A DNA stretch of 64,000 nucleotides from the human T2T-CHM13v2.0 reference genome, Homo sapiens: the NCBI RefSeq assembly GCF_009914755.1, contig NC_060928.1; one strand, written 5' to 3'. Below the pieces are notes generated by a model. The model ran no database searches and was not told where the DNA came from. It worked only from the letters and a program-made list of their open reading frames with translations. This document shows, piece after piece, positions 48,313 through 64,000 of the stretch; positions within the stretch are counted from its first letter, which is position 1, and each line of letters starts with the position of its first letter. The position numbers and the translations under genes were made by a program.

Positions 48313-51300
48313 TATATATAATGAATTATAAAAATATATAATATATAAAAATATATATGTAATATAGAAAATATATTTTATGAGTTTTTGTTGTTTCTAT
48401 TTATATTTTATTGTGCTGCCTATGTCTTGAAAAGTTGTTTTTGATTGATTCATCTTTTAGTCTGTCTACATAAGTGTAGTTTACACATCACAGTTACAGT
48501 ATTATAAAATTCTGTGTCCTTACTATTACCAGTGAGTTTTGTACCTTCAGATGATTTTTTATTGCTCATTAACATCCTTTTCTTTCTGATTGAAGTACTC
48601 CCTCTAACATTTCTTATAGGGCAGGTCTGGTTTTGATGAAATCCCTCAGCTTTTTTTTGTCAGGGAAAGTCTTTATTTCTTTTTCATGTTTGAAGGATAT
48701 TCTCACCAGACATACTAATCTAGGCTAAAGTATTTTTCCTTCAGCACTTTAAATATGTCATGCCACTGTCTCCTGGCCTGTATGTTTTACACTGAAAAGT
48801 CTGCTTCTAGAGGTGTTGGAGCTTCATTGTATGTTGTTTGTTTCTTTTCTTTTGCTGCTTTTAGGATCCTTTCTTTATTCTTGACCTTTGAAAGTTTGAT
48901 TATTAAATGCCTTGAGATAGTCTTCTTTGGGTTAAATCTGCTTATTGTTCTATCGCCTCTTGTACTTGGATATTGTGATCTCTTTCTTTAGGTTTGGGAA
49001 ATTCTGTTATTACATCTTCACATAAACTTTTTACCTCTATCTTTTTCTCCACCTCCTCCTTAAGACCAATACCTCATAGATTTGCCCTTTTGAGGCTGTT
49101 TTCTAGATCTTGTAGGCATGTTTCATTGTTTTTTATTCTTTTTTCTTGTCTCCTTTCACTATGTGTTTTCAAATAACTTGTCTTCATGCTTATTAATTCT
49201 TCTGCTTTATTCTTTCTGGTATCAAGAGACTGATGCATTCTTTAGTATGTCAAAATTTGCATTTTTCACCTCCAGAATTTCTGCTTGATTCTTTTAAGTT
49301 ATTTTTATCTCTTTGTTAAATTTATCTGATAGAATTCTGAATTCCTTCTCTGAGTTATCTTGAATTTCATTGTGTTTCCTCAAATCAGCTATTTCGTATT
49401 CTCTCTGTGAAAGGTCACATATCTCTGTTTCTCCAGGATTGGTCCTTGGTGCCTTATTTAGTTCATTTGGATGGTTTCGATGCTTGTGGATATTCACTGG
49501 TCTCTGGGTATTGATGAGTTATGTATTTATTGTAGTCTTTGCAGTCTGGGTTTGTTTGTACCCGTTCTTCTTGGAAAGGCTTTCTAGGTATTCAAAAGGA
49601 CTCGGGTGTTGTGATCTAAGCCATATCTGCATTAGGGGGCACCCCAAGCCCAGTTATGCTATGGTTCTTGCAGACTCATAAAGGTATTGCTTTGGTGGTC
49701 TTGGATAAGATCTTGAAGAATTACCTGGATTACCATGTAGATACTCTTGTTCTTTTCCCTTACTTTCTCCCAAATGGAGTCTCTCTGTGTGTGCTGAACC
49801 TCCTGGGGCTGGGGATGAGATGATACAAGCACCCCTGTGGCCACCACCACTGTCTGTGGGTTATACCTAAAGCCAGCACAGTCCTAGGTGTCATCCAAGG
49901 CTTGTTGTAGCCACTACTTGGCTATTGCTAATGTTTGCTCAAGGCATTAGGACTCTACAATCAGCAGATGGTGAATCTAGCCAGGTGTGTATCCTTCCCT
50001 TCAGAGTGGCAAGTCCCCTGAGGCCCTAGGCAGGTCCAGAGATGCTGTCCAGGAACCAGGGACTGCAGTTAAAAATGATAAAAGTGTACCTGTGTTCTAC
50101 TGCAGCTGAGCTGGCCCTTAAACCATGAGACACAGTCCTTTCCACTTTTCCCTCCCATTTCCACAGGGAGAGGACCCTCACCTCATGGCCACCACCACCA
50201 TGGGCACACAAGAGATACTGCCAGACTACCATCAATGGTTCTCAGTCAGCTTGTGGTGAATGCTGCCAGGCCTGGGAGTCTCTCTTCAGGGCAGTGGGCT
50301 CCCCTATGGCCCAGGGAAGGTCCAGAAATTTTGTCCAAGAGCCAAGTCCTGGAAGTGGGGATCCCAAGAGCCTGCTCAGTACTCCTTTCCACTGTGGCTG
50401 AGCTAGTACCTAACATGTAAGACAATGTCCCCATTACTTTTCCTTCTGCTTTCCTCAAGCAGGAGTCTCTTACTGTAACCACTGTGGCTGAGAATATGCT
50501 GAGTATCACCTGAAGCCAACATGTCTCAGCATCTCAACAAAGCCCCATGGTGTACTATCTGGGTATCACTGCTGGTTATTCAGGGCCCAAGGGCTCTTTA
50601 GTCAGCAAATGATGGATCCTGCCAGGACTGAGTCCTTCCCTTCAAGGCAGTGTGATCTCATATGTCCCAGGGTGTGTCTAGAAATGTAGGCCAGGAGTTA
50701 GGTGTTGGAATGGGGGCCTCCTGACTCTGACTGGTGCCCTATTCTACTGTGGCTGAGCTGGTATCCAAGATGCAAGACAGAAGTCCTCTTTACTCCTCCG
50801 TCTCCTCTCCTCAAGCAGAAGAAAAGTGTCTCTTTTGGAGCCACTAGCTGTGCTGCCTGGGGTTGGGGAGAGGTGGTGTAAGCACTCTTTTAGCTGCTCT
50901 GTTGGTATCTCAGTAGTTGCACTCCCCTGACATCTGCTGGCTTCAAACACAGCCTAGCACTAAGACTTGCCTTGGAGTTGCAGTCCTTGTGGCCTACCCT
51001 GTCTTTCAAGTTTACTTAGGGGTTCAGAGCACTTCAGCCCATGGTGGGAAGGCTTGCTGGAACTCTGCTTGTTTGGATGATTCCCTTCTGGCTAGGGATG
51101 GTCTAAGTGCTACCTCCATGGGCAGGCATCAGCTGAGTTCAGTCAATTCCCGCTGTGACAGAGCAGCTCTGAGTTTAATGCAAAGTCTCACAGTTGTGCT
51201 CTCCCTCTCGCAAGCACACAGATTTTCTCTCTGTGCCATGCAGATGGTTCAGGGGTATAGGAGAGGGGTGGCAATGGCAATTCAAGACTATCTTTCATCT

Positions 51301-51899
51301 TTCTTCAGTGCCTCTTTCAGCGATATGAAGTTAAAACTAGGTATTATGAGTGCTCACCTGATTTTTGGTTCTTATGAAGATGCTTTTTTTGTGTAGATAG
51401 TTATTACATTTGGTGTTCCTGTGATGAGAGGATGATCAGTGGAGCCTTCTATTCGCCGTCTTGCTCTGCCCTCCTACCACATTTTTTAATTAAGATTTTA
51501 TAGAAAAGCAGAACTGCTATCAATGATATAGAGTAAGGGATTTATTACAGGGATTAGACCTTAGGCAACAGCTGATGGATCAGCATTCAGGCTATTGCTT
51601 TTGTATCTAGTATTGGGCATGTTTTTCTTATGGCCATGATAGAGACAGAAATGGAAACAGAAAAGGCCTCTTTAAGCCTAAATTTGGAACTTCAGCACAC
51701 CTTCATTTTGGGCTTATATTTTGCCTAAAGTCATATCCACAAGCTGAAGGTCAAGAAGATAGGTAAATATGCCCCTGTTCACAGTAGGAAGGTAATGCAA
51801 AATTGCATGACAAAAGGCATGGGTATAGGAGAGGTAAGTATTAATAATTAGGGCCAGTAACAATCTACTATGCAATCTAATTATGTATTCTTAAATTTC

Positions 51900-52160
51900 A
51901 GTAATAGTAGTAGTAGTAATAACTAACATCCATTGAGTGGTTACTCTGAGCCAGGCACTATTCTAAGTAATTTGTAAGTATCAGCCCATTTAATTCTCTT
52001 GAGAAACCTATCAGGTAAGTCTAGTATTATTTCCATTTTACAGATGAGGAAACTGAGTCCTGGAGCAGATAAATAATAACCCAAAGTCAAGTAGATAGTA
52101 AGTGGTGAAGCCTGGATTTGAAGCACAGGGCCTGATGCAGAGCCTCTCTTGCTAACAGTT
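51900..52160 (-). mobile_element. MIR SINE
   Basis: CCATTTTACAGATGAGGAAACTGAG core. Confidence 0.85.
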
Positions 52161-53599
52161 CCGGTCCCTAAAGCAAAAATTATAATAATCCTGCCCTTTT
52201 CTGAACTGGTCAATCCATTTTTGGAGTTTTTGTGTATGAGGACACCACAGGCCAAAAGCTATCCCAAGACCAGGTTGTGACAGGGTTGGAAACCCACTCC
52301 AATGGTAAATAAAACTAGGGCCCTTTAGCCAAATTCCAGGAAGCATGCTTTCCAGTATTTCAATGCTATTTTGTAAAAGAGGAATGAGAATTGTATTTTG
52401 TAGCCACCGGCAAATTACAGGTTTAAGCTGAAAAGCATTTATGAAATGCCCATCTCTGCAAGTATGCTGCTTGAGGATTCAGAGATAAGAAAAAATGAGT
52501 ACACTGTCTATCTTGGAGGAATTTCCAGTTTAGAACAGGAGGGAAGCAAACTTGGGCTCCCCATAAGACTTTCTGAAGAATTTAACAGCTGGGCAGTGTA
52601 CTGGGCTGCATTGTTGAGCAGTAGGTGTCCTTCCCTCGGAAGTATGTATGTGGGGGGTCCTGAAATCTCACCTCCTGGGACAGTACGGAGGAGACTTCCA
52701 CAGTGAGTGCTGCCGGTTGTGGGGGGGCGGGGTTGGGGTTGGATTGGATCCCAAGCCAAGAACTGGTGATGAGAATATAAGCTCCAGGAGGATGAGATTT
52801 TTGTTGGTTGTATTCACTGCTATATTCCTAGGACCTAGGACAGTTCCTAGTACAGAATGAGTGCTCAATATTTAAATATATGAAAGAATGTGAATATTTT
52901 AAAACCGGGAGATTTCACATAAAAACCTGCATTTGCTTGCACTGAATATTGAACAAGTGGAAGATTTGGCAACAGTGGGCTTATCTATTTTTGTGTACGG
53001 AAGTGAAGAATACACCTTTGTTTAATATGCCACTAGCTCAGCTTCACTCAATTACATTGTCCGTCTGGTCCTGTTCTTTGCAGCCTCTGAGTTAATCACT
53101 GAAATCTCTGCCAACTCCAAGTGTCTACAAAACTGAATTTTATAGTTGAAATTTGGGAGCAGAGTTCCAAAATGGAGAGGTTTTCTGTCAATTAACAGTT
53201 TGCATTGTTTGAATATCAAGAAAATTGCCTACACAACATTTGCATTACATTTCATTACTTAATCAAATCATTCAAGATACATTTTTATTGCTATTACTTA
53301 ATCAAATCACGCAAGATACATTTTTATTACTTTCATAATGTTAAACTAGACAAACCATTCTGACAGCAAAGGAAGAGAATATCTTTGTTTAAATGAGAAT
53401 TTTAAAATATATAATAAGCATTATATACAGTATATTATATGCTACATATTTATATATGTAATAATATACAGTATAATATCTATAACATATGAGTCTTTCT
53501 GGAAACTGATCTATTTTAATAAGAGAAACAAACACAAAAGGATTATTCCACTATTTTTTAAATTATAAAACATACATTTCATTAGAATACAGTTTATAG

Positions 53600-55500
53600 T
53601 AATAACTTTTGAACTCCAGGATCACACAAACTGAGGCAAAATTTAGAACAAATGATCACCATAGCTAATGGTGGAATGTTTGGTTAATGCCTTTGAAACT
53701 AAAAATATCTTGAAAGCATCCTTTCTAGTCATCCACTTGTATGTAAGCCAAGAAAGAAACACACTTCTAGGCATCACTGGAGTGCCATGGAGGTGCATGG
53801 AATTAAGGAAATCATTTTGATCTTTTCTGGTCGAGTAAGGATCTTCCTTATTTTCATTAGTGTCATTACCCGCTGTTAAAAACATTTTATTATGTTGTCT
53901 AGAGGAACTACAAATGTGTTAGACAAGGTTTGCTGATTTCAGATATCAAGTTTGTCTCTTCTTACAGGTGCATCCGTGGACAAACTAATGTTACATTTTA
54001 AATTCCATTAATCAAATTCAAAATAATGGGAAGGTTTGCATTCTCGTCACTGTAGAATATCAGTCCATATCATCCTAGGGAAAGTTTGCCAATAAAATTG
54101 GTTAGACATCCAACTTTTACTACCGTGTAGTCTCATCAGTTCTTTCTTTCACGTGAGTCTATCTACGATTTTATCTTGCTGTTCTTTTCCAAGTTTTTTT
54201 CTTTTTTTTTTTTTATCATGAAGGTACTGCTTTCATAAGCTTGTGACCAGCTTTGTGATGAGTGTTGGTAATGGTGAAATGTCAAAAGGCAGGTGCTGTT
54301 CCTTTAACACAAGAAACAGACATTCTCCCCCAGGTACTAGCTTTCTAATATGTACAATAGATAGGCAGCTGGGTGCGGTGCCTCATGCCTGTAATCCTAG
54401 CACTTTGGGAGGCTGAGGCAGGTGGAACCCCTGAGGTCAGGAGTTTGAGACCAGCCTGGCCAACATGGTGAAACCTTGTCTCCACTAAAAATGCCAAAAA
54501 TTTAGCCAGCCGTGGTGGTGCATGCCTGTAATCTCAGCTACTGAGGAGTCTGAGACAGGAGAATCACTTGAACCTGGGAGGCAGAGGTTGCAGTGAGTCA
54601 AGATTGTGCCACTGAAGTCCACCTGGGCGACAGAAAAGCAAAACAAAACAAAACAAACGAACAAGAAACCCAAAAAAATAGCAGCAGAATAATCAAAGCC
54701 TCTTGGATGAACTTCCAGTTTTTTCCTTATTGATTTTCTTTCACTCTAAGATAGATCGTCATGATAAACTGCTTCAATGAATAACTTCTCTACGTAGGAA
54801 ATGTAGAAAGCCCAAGCAATAAACCCAATTTGATTGAGAAGAACTATGAAGATGTCATCTGTAAAAACAATGCTCCTTTCAACAATAATAAATGTATTGG
54901 CCAGGTGCAGTGGCTCACCCCAGTGGCCCAGCACTTTGGGAGGCTGAGGCAAGTGGATCACGAGGTCAGGAGATGGAGACTATCCTGGCTAATACGGTGA
55001 AACCCCATCTCTACTAAAAATACAAAAACTTAGCCAGGCTTGGGGGCGGGTGACTATAGTCCCAGTTACTTAAGAGGCTGAGGTAGGAGAATGGCATGAA
55101 CCCGGGAGGCAGTTGGCCGAGATCGCACCACTGCACTCCAGCCTGGGTGACAGAGCAAGACTCCGTCTCAAAAAAATAAAAAATAAATAAAAATAAAAAT
55201 AAAAATAAATAAAATAAATGTATCTTTCCCCAGTACCTTGGGATAGATTTTTTACATTGACTTGCTGTGCTAAGCAATGTGAAATGTTCTGATCCCTAGG
55301 AAATCATTTTCTGGGGAGTAGGAAATAAATGTGCCCAATTCTGAATTTTTGCCAATAGCTGAGATAACAAAGAGTCACCAACTGCTAGTTATCAGAGACA
55401 AGAGTTAAACTTGCATTTAAGATGATAGGATATTGGCTTTGCATTCTGATTTACAGAAATAAAACTTTATGGACTGAAAAAATAGCATACGTAATATAAA
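53600..55500 (-). mobile_element. Putative decayed hAT (Tip100/Zaphod-like) transposase, split by Alus
   Basis: Hand translation gives motif remnants in hAT order (see findings); frameshifted and weak. Confidence 0.35.
54367..55215 (+). mobile_element. Two sense Alus (54367-54680; 54899-55215 AluY-like)
   Basis: Alu dimers; the second has TSD AATAAATGTAT. Confidence 0.93.
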
Positions 55501-55675
55501 AAGAGGCTTACTCTTAATGTTCATGTAAAAATTAAAACTTCTGTATAATTTGATGTTTAAAATAAAATATTTCATGTAAACGATTAACTTTTAATGAAGT
55601 TTCTCTTTTAACTTCCATGATACATGTTCAAGATGTATTAAGTAAAACCCAAATGTGTACATACACAAACCCCTT

Positions 55676-55760
55676 ATATATCTATCTATCTATGTATCTA
55701 TCTATGTATCTATCTATCTATCTATCTATCATCTATCTATCTATCTATATATATATATAT
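55676..55760. repeat. (TATC)n/(TA)n microsatellite at Alu tail
   Basis: Imperfect TATC array, then a TA run. Confidence 0.93.
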
Positions 55761-57880
<2,120 letters not shown>

Positions 57881-57998
57881 CCGACATGTTCTTAAAGAGC
57901 AGAAAAACAAACATGTAACGCTTAGTTCACTTGAAAGCCTTCCACGGAATACATTTCAGTGAGTGACAGACACAATGTTTTTGTTCCATTAGAAGTAT

Positions 57999-58004
57999 TT
58001 TATT
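57999..58004 (-). terminator. OCIAD2: OCIAD2 polyadenylation signal
   Basis: TTTATT on + (AATAAA on -), 75 nt past the stop codon. Confidence 0.8.
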
Positions 58005-58079
58005 TTAAAGTACACTTGAAATTTTAAATGTGTACAAATTCAGAGGTTTAAAAAACTTCGAAAGTCACAGACACAGAAT

Positions 58080-58161
58080 TTAGGAAGCTGAAGGCTGAGA
58101 GTCTCCCTTCTCACTTAATCCATGCTTTATTTTGCATTCCTCACAGGTAAGGAGGCAGTGC
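58080..58161 (-). CDS. OCIAD2: OCIAD2 last coding exon ((R)HCLLTCEECKIKHGLSEKGDSQPSAS*); upstream exons lie beyond the window
   Basis: Minus-strand acceptor TTTTTGCTTCTCTTCTAG|G, 26 codons then TAA; matches recalled OCIAD2 C-terminus. Confidence 0.95.
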
Positions 58162-58254
58162 CTAGAAGAGAAGCAAAAATAGACAGCGGTTTGTACTTTG
58201 ACACTGGAAGCCCTAGTCTTTACATAACATATTATTCTTATTATTTTAACATAA

Positions 58255-62858
<4,604 letters not shown>

Positions 62859-63439
62859 AGAAATAATAGGAGTTGTTGCTTGGTTTATGACCCCCAGAAT
62901 TTCACCCCTCAAAGAGCCAATAATGAGCTTTATGTTGAAACAGATGGTTGTATTTGTGGTCAGGGTCAGGCAGAGTTTGAACATCTTGATTCTTTTTGAA
63001 TTCAAGTAATTTCTAACAATAGCATAAAAATTATAAACACACAGTGCATTGATCCAGGATTAAACTATATGACTATGGAGTTAGATTTGGACACATATGT
63101 GCACATATATATACACATAATTTTTTAAATTAAAAAATCATGATACTTCCAGAATTTCTGGCTTATAGTTTGCCTAACTTGTCCCAGTTTCCTTAGGATA
63201 CCAAGGAAAATGCACAGGTTCGTTCTAGAATAATATTCGCATTTGAATATGAAATAGATGTCCTTGAGTCCCTTCTTGCATTAAAGTTTTATAATCTTAC
63301 AAATTCAACAAACATTTACTGCTATGAGGAGTTGGCAACAGGATAACTTTGTTTATGCAGGACAGTGATAGGATGTGTTTTGAATGATAGAAAACTCATT
63401 CAATCTGGCTTGGGTGGGAAGGATTACTTCGAAGGTAGC

Positions 63440-63990
63440 AAGGCCAGCAACTGCTATTGTAAAACCCTGAAGACATGGAGGAGGAACCCCTTTCTCTCAC
63501 TTATTTCCCCCCATTGCTTTGAGAATAAAGTGAAAATCCTTAGCATGGCATAAATTCCTTCAGGAGCTGACCTCTACCTGCCTGGACTTCCAGCTTGTTC
63601 TCTGCCTTTCCCAATAGCTCTTTATGCTCCAGCCATAGGATGTATTTATGGTTCCCTTTAAAAATGAAAATTTCCCCTCTCTACATACTATTCCTGGCCC
63701 AGAATCCCCTTCTTCAACCCTGCTATAGCTCCTACTATAGCCATAGCTCCTGCTATATCTCCTCTTGTCATAGCTTCTGCTGTAGCTCCTACTACTTGAA
63801 TCTATTAAGATTCAAGTCAAGCATCATCACTTGCTCCAAGAAGTCCTTAATGCCTATTCCTTAACCCTCCCCTCCACCTCAACTGAGTTAAGTGCCCCAC
63901 TCTACTTTCCTTTAATTAGAAAATCAAATAGCTTTGTGAATTATTGCCTCTCAGATTTGCTGGTAATGGCCCTTCACATAGGGCATAGCA
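63440..63990 (+). mobile_element. L2 LINE relic
   Basis: GAATAAAGTGAAAATCCTTAGCATGGCAT and pyrimidine-rich L2-like 3' region. Confidence 0.5.
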
Positions 63991-64000
63991 ATTCATTATC

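Noticed and set aside
50917-51396. 159-aa ORF on the + strand
   Set aside because: Antisense to the old L1 5'UTR; no domain or splice support
53643-53885. 80-aa non-Alu ORF as an extra OCIAD2 exon or new gene
   Set aside because: Downstream of the OCIAD2 stop and poly(A) signal, with no recognisable protein; more likely decayed transposon or chance

Overview
Primate (human-like) genomic DNA, not prokaryotic. It holds the complete coding structure of OCIAD1 (Asrij) on the + strand: a CpG-island promoter at about 3.4-4.2 kb and 8 coding exons from 5212 to 33349 that splice cleanly to 738 nt (245 aa). The last exon of its tail-to-tail paralogue OCIAD2 lies on the - strand (58080-58161). The rest is mostly transposon-derived: an ERV9/LTR12 solo LTR upstream of OCIAD1, over 30 Alu/FLAM copies, a full-length but dead L1PA nested in an older near full-length L1MA, and a twin-primed inverted L1 containing a second L1. 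MER, MIR, L2 and MaLR relics fill in between. I see no evidence of a new biological system. The most interesting unexplained signals are (i) non-consensus mutations shared by three neighbouring L1 copies, suggesting local gene conversion, (ii) a seamless L1-in-L1 junction that creates a ~0.9-kb inverted repeat, (iii) a 92-bp orphan mRNA 3'-end retrocopy, (iv) a probable decayed hAT transposase, (v) a strong splice donor just behind the LTR12, and (vi) a splice-dependent uORF. Gene and repeat names come from recall of known sequences, not from database searches, and repeat boundaries are approximate unless TSDs are cited.
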